Positions 49,336 to 59,800 of a stretch of DNA of 64,000 nucleotides are shown here, piece by piece (within the stretch, counting starts at the first letter, position 1; every line of letters begins with the position of its first letter). Origin of the DNA: a virus. A program made the position numbers and the translations under genes. The notes beneath the pieces are model-generated. The model was not told the origin of the DNA. It was given only the letters and a program-made list of their open reading frames with translations, and ran no database searches. The stretch is from positions 28,751-92,750 of the IMG/VR virus record IMGVR_UViG_3300042569_001787; one strand, 5' to 3'.

Positions 49336-49878
49336 TTATCTCAATAAATTATAGATGGATAATGGTTTATTAAAGTGTGTTTTAGTTAATGATTTGTTAT
49401 AACATTCTTTTGCAAAATGCCCATCAGCATCATACTTGTTTATAAAAAATCGACTAACCCCAACAGTATTTCTTGAAATAATAAAATTGTGACTATCAAT
49501 CTGTCTAACATCTATTACTTTACCAACAAGTCTTGTGGTTCCATCTTTGTTTAATTGTATAAATGAAATAAAGTCAGAATTACAATTCTTAATTGTTTCC
49601 CATAATTCAGGATGTACTGAGGTGTCATCATCATTAAAGTATATATAACCATCATCAATTATGTTTAAAGCATAATTTCGTTGGGCATGACCAACTACAC
49701 TACCTTTTTCTCTATATAAATGTGGCTCACAATTTAATGGGATTAATTCCTTTTTTGGTAGTTCATCCATATCAAAGACAACAATCCATCTATAATTTTC
49801 TTTTGGTATATTAATAGTTTCACTAATTACATGTAGATTCTCAGGTCTACTACACGGTGTAATAATATTTAAAAACAT
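49336..49878 (-). CDS. GT-A glycosyltransferase
   Basis: IITP, RNYAL, YFNDDD. Confidence 0.7.
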   Translation of the reverse strand: MFLNIITPCSRPENLHVISETINIPKENYRWIVVFDMDELPKKELIPLNCEPHLYREKGSVVGHAQRNYALNIIDDGYIYFNDDDTSVHPELWETIKNCNSDFISFIQLNKDGTTRLVGKVIDVRQIDSHNFIISRNTVGVSRFFINKYDADGHFAKECYNKSLTKTHFNKPLSIYNLLR

Positions 49879-49880
49879 TG

Positions 49881-50444
49881 TTAATTAATTTTAATTACCC
49901 AACTAGTATCTTGGAACGTTTTATTTGGTTCACCCAATTTTTCTTTAATTGATTGGACCACCCCACTCCATACAGGATGAAAATCATGACCACCAATAAA
50001 ACCACCTTTAACAATTAATGGTTTATAATTATCAATATCTTTATTTACTTGGGCATAAGTGTGAATACCATCAATATAAATAAAATCAAAACTTTCATTA
50101 ATTAATTCATTAATTGCGTCATCAGATGTTTGTTTGATTAAACGGATATTACTGAATGTTTTAGTATTTGATATAAATTCTTCGTATACCTTATTTAAAT
50201 CCATATGATAACAAGTTATATCATTTAAGTCATAATCATTAAGAAATGGGTCTATTGAGATAACTTCTTTAAAATGTTTCGCAAATATTTTAGTAGACTC
50301 ACCAGCATACGAACCAATCTCAACCATTCTCATTTTAGTAGTATCCCCAAATTCATTCAGATATTGTATTAAATCCATTAAACCTTTGGTGTAATGCTCA
50401 TCTCTCATTACATATAGTTTATTAATTTTTTCTTTATTTACCAT
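49881..50444 (-). CDS. Class I SAM methyltransferase (Methyltransf_24-like)
   Basis: VEIGSYAGES, FIYIDGIHTY, GHDF. Confidence 0.85.
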   Translation of the reverse strand: MVNKEKINKLYVMRDEHYTKGLMDLIQYLNEFGDTTKMRMVEIGSYAGESTKIFAKHFKEVISIDPFLNDYDLNDITCYHMDLNKVYEEFISNTKTFSNIRLIKQTSDDAINELINESFDFIYIDGIHTYAQVNKDIDNYKPLIVKGGFIGGHDFHPVWSGVVQSIKEKLGEPNKTFQDTSWVIKIN

Positions 50445-51061
50445 TTTTTTAAATTTGTAAAATTTTTATGAGGGTAAATAGAACCATTGGTGTAGTTATT
50501 AAAACTACTTAGAATTCTATTTGGGTGTTCATTAATATGTTCAGAGTCTTTTATAAAAATAGAAACATAATCCGACCATATATCCATTTCTTTATCACTA
50601 GTGTAGAGCTCAAGAACCTCACAATTATACCCATTACGTTTACCCCAATTAGACATGGCGTTTCCACTATCAGGAAAAAATCTCCAGCAGTCAACAGGAT
50701 ATCTATGAAAATCCCCGTTTGATGGTGCGTTTAAATAAAAAAGACCTGAAGGTTTCAGAACCCTCATAATTTCCAAAAAATTCAACCAAAAAAATTCACT
50801 ATGTTCAAAACAAGATGAACTAATAACATAATCAAAAGAGTTATCTCCAAAAGGTAAGACATATTGGTCTTCAAGTACGACATCAACACCAGGTCCTGAG
50901 CCTAAATCAACCCCAATATATTCCATATTTTCAGGGGATAATGAACGGATGTTAAACCCTCCAATATAAGAACCAATTTCTAATATTTTACCCGAATCTT
51001 TTTTATTATAAATGTAATTCGTAAAAAATCTTTTTGAGTTATCTTCAGCAGTTTTGTGCAT
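50438..51061 (-). CDS. Class I SAM methyltransferase
   Basis: LEIGS, SFDYVISSSCFEH, RVLKPSG, HRYPVDCWRF. Confidence 0.85.
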   Translation of the reverse strand: MHKTAEDNSKRFFTNYIYNKKDSGKILEIGSYIGGFNIRSLSPENMEYIGVDLGSGPGVDVVLEDQYVLPFGDNSFDYVISSSCFEHSEFFWLNFLEIMRVLKPSGLFYLNAPSNGDFHRYPVDCWRFFPDSGNAMSNWGKRNGYNCEVLELYTSDKEMDIWSDYVSIFIKDSEHINEHPNRILSSFNNYTNGSIYPHKNFTNLKKW

Positions 51062-51069
51062 AATATTAA

Positions 51070-51672
51070 TTATATACCTGTAGAACCAAATCCGTTATCG
51101 TTTCTATCTTTTTTGGTCACTTCATTTTTTTCATCTAAATAAACCCAACCACCATTAACTACGGGGCATAAAACTGCTTGAGCAACTTTCATACCTTTAG
51201 TAATTGTAAAAGGTTCTTTATTTGTGTTGAATATAATCACTTTTACTTCACCTGTGTATCCATTATCCACTGTTCCTGGTGAGTTTAAACACATTAAACC
51301 TTGATTAATTGCCAATCCACTTTTAGACCTAACTTGGATTTCATAACCATCTTTAATATCAAACGATAGTCCAGTTGGGACTAACCCTCTACCAAGACCT
51401 TCAATTGTCACATCTTCAACTGAATATAAATCAAAGCCAGAATCACTTGCGTAATTATAACTTGGTGTAACCGCATCAAGATGTAGTTTCGTAAATCCTA
51501 AATCCAGTTTAGGTTTATAGTTTTTCATATCAACTTCTAATTGTTTGACATCAATACCAAACTCGTCAAGTATTTGATTATAGTCAATATCATCATTTTC
51601 TGGCGTTGATAACATTAATTTTAACTCTTCCGCTTTTTTCTTTAAAAAATCTAAATCAAATTCTTCTGTCAT
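51070..51672 (-). CDS. dut: dUTPase
   Basis: SGFDL, RSKSGL, GTVDNGYTGE, AQ, GFGSTG. Confidence 0.93.
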   Translation of the reverse strand: MTEEFDLDFLKKKAEELKLMLSTPENDDIDYNQILDEFGIDVKQLEVDMKNYKPKLDLGFTKLHLDAVTPSYNYASDSGFDLYSVEDVTIEGLGRGLVPTGLSFDIKDGYEIQVRSKSGLAINQGLMCLNSPGTVDNGYTGEVKVIIFNTNKEPFTITKGMKVAQAVLCPVVNGGWVYLDEKNEVTKKDRNDNGFGSTGI

Positions 51673-52391
51673 TATTTAAGTTCTTTTAATTTTTTTATCA
51701 CCTCAATTAATACGTTAACATCTCGTTCGCAGTATTCTGAGATTTCTTTTAATTTTCCGTGATTCCAATATGAATCGTGTACTTTATCACCAGTAATTTC
51801 GCCCTCTTTTGAAGATGGAACATCCATTGACGCACACATTAAGTCTAATGAACCAATTGCAGTGTAAGCACCGTATTGCCAAATTTCTTTAGTGTCAATA
51901 GCCTTAATTTCCCATGGTTTTGTATCGTATGATGGTAGAATTGATGGTGGAAGTAATCCATTAATAATCATTCTTTTGGCAATCATCGGAATATCAAAAT
52001 TCTTTAAATTATGACCACACAAAAAGAAATCCAATTTTCCGCAACGGTCCAATAATTTCTGACAATCACGTAATAATTGTTTCTCATCATCACCAAAAAA
52101 GGTTTGCTTTTTAACTTCACCATTATCCATAACAAAGGCGACACTAACACATACAATCTTTGCAAATTCGGGAACCAATGAGGTTCTTGTTGAAAATATA
52201 ATATTTTGTCTTTCATCTTCATTTTCTCCCTTAGTTGAGTCTTCGGGGAATCGTTTTAAAAACCAATCTAAATACTTATCAAATTGATGTGCAATCTCGG
52301 GATGATTTTTAACACAAGTGTCAAAGTCTTTTTCAATCCCAACGGTTTCTATGTCAAGAAACAAAATTTTAGTAATAGGTATTTTAATCAT
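51672..52391 (-). CDS. PolB-like 3'-5' exonuclease (DEDD)
   Basis: LDIET, GHNLKNFDIP, YCERDV. Confidence 0.85.
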   Translation of the reverse strand: MIKIPITKILFLDIETVGIEKDFDTCVKNHPEIAHQFDKYLDWFLKRFPEDSTKGENEDERQNIIFSTRTSLVPEFAKIVCVSVAFVMDNGEVKKQTFFGDDEKQLLRDCQKLLDRCGKLDFFLCGHNLKNFDIPMIAKRMIINGLLPPSILPSYDTKPWEIKAIDTKEIWQYGAYTAIGSLDLMCASMDVPSSKEGEITGDKVHDSYWNHGKLKEISEYCERDVNVLIEVIKKLKELK

Positions 52392-52842
52392 TTGTATCTA
52401 AATTTTTTATTATTTCAGGATTTTGTTTTAATGTTTGTATTGTGATTAAATCTTTAATTTTAGTTGTTGACCAATTGTGAGACCTTGTAGTGTAAACGAC
52501 ATTAACTGGTAGATGGTCTCCTGTAAATCGTTTACCAATATAATCGTCACCCAAAATTCTAACATCAGGTTTAAAAAACTCAATTAGTTTTACTAAATCT
52601 TCTTCAGTTTGATATGTCACAACGTCATCAACATATTTTATTGACATCAAAGTTTTATATCTTTCATATAATGGAACGACTGGTTTATACTTTGTAAATC
52701 TTGTTTCGGACGGGTCTCTTTGTAAAAAAACCATAAAGTAATCACAATGTTCTTTTGCCGCCTCAAAAGTGTAAATATAACCTGGGTGTAGTAAATCAAA
52801 ATTACCTGCGGTGAACCCAACTTTACCTTTTTTATTATACAT
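52384..52842 (-). CDS. Cytidylyltransferase (TagD/RfaE-like)
   Basis: GNFDLLHPG, LGDDY, STTKIK. Confidence 0.85.
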   Translation of the reverse strand: MYNKKGKVGFTAGNFDLLHPGYIYTFEAAKEHCDYFMVFLQRDPSETRFTKYKPVVPLYERYKTLMSIKYVDDVVTYQTEEDLVKLIEFFKPDVRILGDDYIGKRFTGDHLPVNVVYTTRSHNWSTTKIKDLITIQTLKQNPEIIKNLDTND

Positions 52843-52847
52843 ATTAT

Positions 52848-54068
52848 TTATTTAATTAATGATTTATAAAATTCTGCTCTATCTTTAGTTACGTTATTTA
52901 AATCGTATTTGTCTTTAACTGTTTCATATAATCTTTCCCCCATATCAGTAATTAAATTAGGGTTTTGGATTAACTTTTTAATATGTTTAGACCAATCACT
53001 ATGATTTCTATGTTCAGGAACTAACATTGCGTTACCATCAACAAAATTACCATTTTTTAAACAATGTTTCAAGTCAATTGTATAAGGACCAATTTCTGAA
53101 GCAATTAACGCTTTCTTATAAAATCCTGCCTCAATAACTTTTAATTGGGATTTCATTCTATTAAAGATGTGATTTTTAATTGGTGATAAAGAAATATCAA
53201 GCTTTGAATAATTCATTGCGTAAGATGTTACAGGTTTAGTCCATACTCTGACATATGGTAATTCTTTGTTAGAAACATAATCACCTTCTTTATATTCTAT
53301 TAAAAATTTTTTATAATCTTCATCCACTAAATTATAGTTGTTTGTAAAAATTTCTTCATATTTTGACCATACAGTTTCATGAGGTAAAATATCTCTACGT
53401 TTTTGTTCACCTGTTTGCGGATTAATTTCAGTAACACTACCTCTAGTGTCAAAACCACAAATAACATATTGAATTTTGTTATTAATTTCAGAACCGTTTT
53501 TTTGTGTAAAACCTTGTAATAACATTAAGTCATGTAAGTGAGATGAACCACCTAACCACCCAACTCTGATTCTATCTGATTTGACAGTCGGTTGATTAAA
53601 TTGAGGTTCTTTTGGGTTAATTGCGTTAGGGAATACAACAACGTTCTTATTAAATTTTATAATTTCATTTGCAAAAATATCCGTTGTTGTCATAACATAA
53701 TCGGCTTCTTTTAAATTTGCAACAATTTTTTCGTTAATTTTTTGTTGTACAATTATTTGATGAATAGGATGTTCTTTTGTCGGTAACCAATAATCATCAA
53801 TATCAACAATGACAATAACCCCAATTGATTTTAAATTTCTAATAATATTAGGTGTATTATCGTAGTTACTTCCAATATTTCTATGTACGTGTACAATTTG
53901 GTATTTACTCCAATAACTCGGGTCACCAATTCTTGGTTCGTAGTCAATGTCTACGTGAAAGTCATCGGGATATAGATTTTGTAAGTGTACGTGGGGGTCG
54001 ACCGAGCGAAATTTCCCAACACCACTTTTATCACTTGGTAGTACTAAAACATTAATTTTTTCTTTCAT
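52848..54068 (-). CDS. GT-B (GT4-like) glycosyltransferase
   Basis: DIDDYW, PNAI, VGWLGG..H, FNRMKSQLKVIEAG. Confidence 0.8.
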   Translation of the reverse strand: MKEKINVLVLPSDKSGVGKFRSVDPHVHLQNLYPDDFHVDIDYEPRIGDPSYWSKYQIVHVHRNIGSNYDNTPNIIRNLKSIGVIVIVDIDDYWLPTKEHPIHQIIVQQKINEKIVANLKEADYVMTTTDIFANEIIKFNKNVVVFPNAINPKEPQFNQPTVKSDRIRVGWLGGSSHLHDLMLLQGFTQKNGSEINNKIQYVICGFDTRGSVTEINPQTGEQKRRDILPHETVWSKYEEIFTNNYNLVDEDYKKFLIEYKEGDYVSNKELPYVRVWTKPVTSYAMNYSKLDISLSPIKNHIFNRMKSQLKVIEAGFYKKALIASEIGPYTIDLKHCLKNGNFVDGNAMLVPEHRNHSDWSKHIKKLIQNPNLITDMGERLYETVKDKYDLNNVTKDRAEFYKSLIK

Positions 54069-54129
54069 ATTATAAAATTCTCTAAAAAATATAATAAGAA
54101 ATTAAAGAAATATCAACCGTATTAAAATA

Positions 54130-54163
54130 AAAAAACCCCTCATAACTATGTGGGGGTTTTTTA
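54130..54163. terminator. Intrinsic terminator
   Basis: aaaaaacccctcata-ac-tatgtgggggtttttt. Confidence 0.65.
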
Positions 54164-54181
54164 TTTAATGTAAACTTCTCT

Positions 54182-54766
54182 TTAAGCTATTTTTTTTATC
54201 TTAGTAACCTTACCTTCAAATATATGTTTACCTACCTTAAAGGAAAATATTTCATTTGATTTTTGGGTGGATTCGGCAATTAATCCATTTTCTTGTAACA
54301 CTTCTTCAACAACTTCTCTTAATAATTCTTTTAAAGTTGATAAATCTTGAGTTGGTATTGATTGTTCTACCATTCTATTTGGTTGATGACCTTTTGGACT
54401 TCCTTTAGCATCAAGATTCATTAATCTAGACGCTTTATCAATCAAATCATTAGATAATGACGGCCCCGCCATTGAGTTTGGTTGATTGATGGGGTGTTCT
54501 ATCATTAATCTTTTAATCTCATCAGGTAATTTAGAAGACATTACCCTATCTTTAGTTATTGGTTGTTGATGTGATGGGGATGATTGAGTAACTGATTCCT
54601 GCATAAATTCTTGTGGTAAATTATATTTAGCTTGTGGAGCTTCATAATTTTCTACCGTTGGACTTGTCATATTTAAATTATTACCCGCCCTTGGGGTGTT
54701 ATTATGCTTATCCATAATAGCTTTAGATATCATTAATTTTTCTATTAAGTCGTTTTCGTTTGTCAT
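54182..54766 (-). CDS. Hypothetical protein
   Basis: 194-aa ORF. Confidence 0.6.
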   Translation of the reverse strand: MTNENDLIEKLMISKAIMDKHNNTPRAGNNLNMTSPTVENYEAPQAKYNLPQEFMQESVTQSSPSHQQPITKDRVMSSKLPDEIKRLMIEHPINQPNSMAGPSLSNDLIDKASRLMNLDAKGSPKGHQPNRMVEQSIPTQDLSTLKELLREVVEEVLQENGLIAESTQKSNEIFSFKVGKHIFEGKVTKIKKIA

Positions 54767-54787
54767 ATCTTATATTATTGGAGGTTG

Positions 54788-55171
54788 TTAATTAAACACT
54801 GCGTTAATAATAATTCTATTCATGCTTTTGTCCCCTGATGGATTATACCCTGGTTTAGACGATTCAAATTTTTCTCCCGTTGGTTTAAATGATAATATTT
54901 TATCAACTCTGAATAATCTCCACCCTGGTAAAGGTTGTTCTCCCTTATATGCGGTATGAGAAGACCCTTCATTATCCCAAGCTCTTAAAACAGGATTATC
55001 TGACTTACTATACCCAAGACAAACAGGTTCAATTTCTCTTAACCCTCTACCACCTGGTTCATCACCATCATAGTAAATTACTATCTTATCTCTTTTTTTT
55101 ATAGCATCAACGATTGAATCAATCGACGCTACTTCTAAAATAAGGGATTTAACTGTATTGTAAAGTTTCAT
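54788..55171 (-). CDS. Stand-alone WYL-domain protein
   Basis: AIKKRDKIVIYY...REIEP...LRAW...WRLFRVDKI. Confidence 0.8.
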   Translation of the reverse strand: MKLYNTVKSLILEVASIDSIVDAIKKRDKIVIYYDGDEPGGRGLREIEPVCLGYSKSDNPVLRAWDNEGSSHTAYKGEQPLPGWRLFRVDKILSFKPTGEKFESSKPGYNPSGDKSMNRIIINAVFN

Positions 55172-55464
55172 TACGCACTTGGTGTAGTGTATGGTGAGTT
55201 AGGTTTAAATTCATTAATAACTATCTCAGCCTTTCGTTCTAAGATGTCTTGAATTGCTCCCGCACCTTGATTATAAACATCTAAAAATCCTCCAGTACCT
55301 TTACCTTGAGCATCGCCATCAGCGATAGCGTCAGGATTAACTGCCGAATATTGGTTTGTTGGTTTATAATCGTTCTTTGGGAATAACTTTGCTCTTTCCA
55401 TGTCAGCGATTGATGACAAGTCATTTTTAGGTTGTTCAAACACAATTGGGTCTATTGTTGCCAT
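55171..55464 (-). CDS. Hypothetical protein
   Basis: 97-aa ORF. Confidence 0.6.
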   Translation of the reverse strand: MATIDPIVFEQPKNDLSSIADMERAKLFPKNDYKPTNQYSAVNPDAIADGDAQGKGTGGFLDVYNQGAGAIQDILERKAEIVINEFKPNSPYTTPSA

Positions 55465-55465
55465 A

Positions 55466-55936
55466 TTATATTATTTTTTTAATTAAATTGTTTATTCTGA
55501 TTAGATTCTCCATAATAGCGGTGTCATATTTATCAACAGTTGCTTTATGACTTTTACTTGGTCTATTAATTGTTGTCATGTCATTTTTTTCATGTGGCTG
55601 AATAAATTGATTAGGTAAAACCTCAGATTTATTCTTTTTAGTATTGTATACATTATCTCTCATTGAAGTTAAAGTATTGTGAACCCAATTCTTAACATAA
55701 TGGCCACCATTCAATATATAAGATAAATCATTTTCATCACCCTCAAACTTATCAAACCAATTTTTCATTCGTTTTAATTGTTGATATGTAACCTCACGAC
55801 TATCTCTTAGTTCTTTGTTTCTCTTATAACCCTCAACACTTTCGTCAGCACCTCCTGCGGCATCATGGCACTGTTGTAAATAACTTACAACCTCCTCAGG
55901 TAGGGAAAATTTATTTCCGTATAAGTCTTTATTCAT
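55466..55936 (-). CDS. Hypothetical protein
   Basis: 156-aa ORF; C-terminal IMENLIRINNLI. Confidence 0.6.
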   Translation of the reverse strand: MNKDLYGNKFSLPEEVVSYLQQCHDAAGGADESVEGYKRNKELRDSREVTYQQLKRMKNWFDKFEGDENDLSYILNGGHYVKNWVHNTLTSMRDNVYNTKKNKSEVLPNQFIQPHEKNDMTTINRPSKSHKATVDKYDTAIMENLIRINNLIKKII

Positions 55937-56765
55937 TTGATTTTAATATGTTAATTAATTTAGAAATACTGATACCTTCTTTATCCGCTAATTTTTTAAT
56001 TGATTGTAAATTTTTAACTAATATCTTACTAACGCTTTCATCACGTTTTACAACGTCTGAACTATCTTTAGATTTCTTAGTTAAGATATCCTCAACCATT
56101 TTAATCATTTTTTCTTTTTGTTGTTCTTCAATACTATCTTTTTCAGAAAGTCTTTGTTTTAATTTGCCATTAACTTTTTTAGCTTTAGGTAATTTACCAA
56201 ATTCTTTCGCTCTTTGTACCGGGTTCTCTACACCCATTTTTTTCAATATATTTACCGTTTGTTTAAAATCTTTCCCTTCGGTCTCAACATACCCAAAGGC
56301 TTCTGAATAATCCACCTCAGAAACAATATTTTCTTTTTTGTCTTCACTCTCACCATAATAAACACGGTAACCTCTTGTTACAGGGTCATTAGTTGTTCTA
56401 GCCATAACAACAGTCTGGTCCATTGTTTTTCTTGGTGAAAGGGTTAAATTTATTAAAGGAATTTTTGAACTTAACATTGTTCCATCAGAATCAACTAACT
56501 CTCCAATCTCACCTGAAGATTTTTTTACATCTTTTAATTTATCCTCAATATCTTTTGTTGTTTGTTTTTCTTTTGAGTTTAAAACATTATATACAACATC
56601 TTTAACTTTTTTTGCATCTTTTTTATCGAAGTCTATTTTTTTGTCTTTTTTTCTAGATTCACTTAAAGTGTTAGCAATAGAATAGTATAAGGAGATTTGG
56701 TTACCCCTATCTTTTAGAAAGAAGTAATAATTATTACTGTAGTATTCTTTGTTAAAATTTATCAT
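55929..56765 (-). CDS. Hypothetical protein
   Basis: 278-aa ORF; late motif upstream. Confidence 0.6.
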   Translation of the reverse strand: MINFNKEYYSNNYYFFLKDRGNQISLYYSIANTLSESRKKDKKIDFDKKDAKKVKDVVYNVLNSKEKQTTKDIEDKLKDVKKSSGEIGELVDSDGTMLSSKIPLINLTLSPRKTMDQTVVMARTTNDPVTRGYRVYYGESEDKKENIVSEVDYSEAFGYVETEGKDFKQTVNILKKMGVENPVQRAKEFGKLPKAKKVNGKLKQRLSEKDSIEEQQKEKMIKMVEDILTKKSKDSSDVVKRDESVSKILVKNLQSIKKLADKEGISISKLINILKSNE

Positions 56766-56815
56766 AACATATTTTTCAATAAATACTTCGATTTGGAGTA
56801 TTTATCATAAAAAAG

Positions 56816-59800
56816 ATGGCAAGTCAAAATATAAATCAGTATTATCGTCCAAATTGGTCTCTAAAACTTAATTTAGACTCTAGTGATATGTCTTTGACCT
56901 CAGATGAACAAGACTACAATCAAGAAGTTGTTTTCTCACCATATTTGATTGCTCAAACATATGGAGACAGACTCCCGATTTATTTTGACATTAACAATCC
57001 TTTAAGTGTTCAAAATCAAACACTTTTGTATAAACAATACAATAATAATAATATTTTTGTATCTCAAAATTATTACAATCCAAATAATGAAGATTTAACT
57101 TGTTATTCATCATCAACATCATGTGATATTGGGTTAACAGGTATTGATAATGGATTAGTCGACCAAATGACCGGTGAAACGATAACATTTACTAAAGGAT
57201 TATACTCTGATTATTTGAAATTTAATAGAATGTACTATGACCGAAGACTTAAGTTACACCAAGTTACAGGTCACACTATGTCACCTAATGTAAGATTTTC
57301 AGGGTTCAATAAAACCGTGTTATACGAAGTTGTTAGTAAATCAAGCCCTTTTGAAGGTAGGTACCACGAATTATACGGTGGGTTTTATCAAGGATTTTAT
57401 AAGTTATTTGGGTTTGATTATGAAGTTTTCCCTGAAAGAATGAATAAAGGGTGGTCGGTTGAGATGGTGTTAAAACCAAGATTATTCAACGAACACACTC
57501 CATTACCAAATGAAACAACTCTTAATGAAATTTATCCAAATAATAAAAATACTTTTTTTTATTTTGGGACTAGGGCTGAAAATAAATTTTATCACCATGC
57601 AAGTGGTAGCCCATTATGTTTTTCAGGTTATAATAGAGTTACATCAGGTTTAACTGAACTACAAACATGTGCATGTTGTAATAGAACAATTACGGATAGT
57701 AGATGTATTTTTGTTTATCCACCTAGGTCAGTGAATAATATCCATGACCCTCACGTTAATTATGGTTGTGGTAGTTGTAAGGGAGACCCACAAAAAAAAA
57801 TTACGTGTGGTTGTGATTGTAATTTAGACCCATGTGAAACTTGTGGATGGGAGTGTCAAACACACGTATGTAGTACGGTTATTGAACCAACCCCAACACC
57901 TTCACCAACGCCAACCCCAATACCTGATTGTGAACTACCACCTGTTTGCTCACCATCATGTGATGTTTGTACACCAACCACGACTTGTTATAATTGTAAT
58001 ACAGGATTTACCTCAATTGAAAATACTTGTGAGACAAACCCAATATATGATTCTATGTCAAACGCGTTATCTTTTAGATTATGTGGTGACCCAAAAAACC
58101 CTGGTATTGGTGTTAGAATGTTAAAATTTACGGGAGATTGTGTTACTACAGGCTCTTGTGAAACAAGTGGAATTACTTACACTACAGGACACACTATTGT
58201 TGATTATTGTACACCACCAATTTATCCTACATGTTTATTAGAGAATCCTGCGTGGTTAGATGAGGAACATTGGTTCCAAGTAGACGCGGTATGGGAAAGA
58301 TATACATGGTTAGATACTTGCGATTTATGGTATCGAGGAGGACTTGGTGATATAACTGAAAAACTTTATTTAGAGTCACTAGCCAATAATGCATCGTCAT
58401 TAATAACTGTACCATACACACAAATTGACTGTAAACCATCAGAACAAATCGAACTGGTCAGGTTAAATGAAAAATGGTTAATTGATAAATTATACAGAAA
58501 CGGAAGACTTAAAATTTATGTTAATGGTAAGTTATTCCATACTATAGAAAATTTTGAGGAAATCATCCCAAGAGGATTAGATACTGACAAAGAAAAACAA
58601 GTTGGGGTTCCGTTTAATATATCGTGGGGTGGGGGTACTCAAGGACTTAGAGAAAATTTAACTTTTTCATCAATAACACAACCTTACGGACCATATATAC
58701 AAGACCCTGAAAATTTCCCAATTAATGATTTATCAGGAACAACATTTAGTGGATTAAAAACTAATATATTAATTGAGCAAAATTTTGCGGGAACTTTTGA
58801 TGGTGCTATTTCACAATTTAGAATGTATGTTACCCCGTTATCGGCACCTGAGGTAAAACACAACTTTAATTTATTAAAAAATATTTTCAGAATGTTTAAT
58901 CCTGATTGTCCTGACTGCTCAACATCGGTTTGTTTACCTAACGACTTTACCTACAAAATATCCGATGAGACAACCACAACAACCACCACGGCAAATTTAA
59001 CAACAACAACTACAACCTCAAATTTAACAACAACAACTACAACCACATATTCACCAACAACAACTACAACCACATATTCACCAACAACAACTACAACCAC
59101 ATATTCGCAAACTCCAACACCAACAAAACAACCATCGGTAAGCTGGCCCCCAACTTCAACACCAACACCAACACCTACACCTACACCTACGGTTTATACA
59201 CCTGGAGAGTGTATTCGTTTTATTGATGATTTTACGGATTGTACTGGTACAATTGCATTACCATCAAATATAAGTCCTTCAACTCAGATTAATGGTAAAT
59301 CATCATATTATTTTACTTATTTTGCTCTCGCCCCACCCACCGTATTAATGAGGATTTCTTGGGATAATATAAATAATTATTGGATTTTAGAGGATATGTC
59401 CACATATTATCCATTACCTAACCCACTCGCATATCTTCCTATAAATAGTCTTACACCAATTGGGGGAACGAATCAATGGCTACCACTACCAAATATTATA
59501 GGTAGTTGTCTATATGGAGGCGGTGTAGGAATACAGAATATAAATTTTCTGACGTATACGGTTATTGGAGATTGTTCATCTTGTTGCAAAACATTCCAAT
59601 TATATAGTGGATTTGGACCTGGAACTGGTTCAACGTATCAAATTTTATATTGTGATAATACTGTTGAAGTTATTGATGTACCATTATATGTTACCATAAC
59701 TTATAAATGTGCAATCAACGTAATTAAACTTAATGGTGGTGGAACTGTAACAGTTGTTGATATCAATTGTGATTGTGACCCAAATAATCTAACTTTATTT

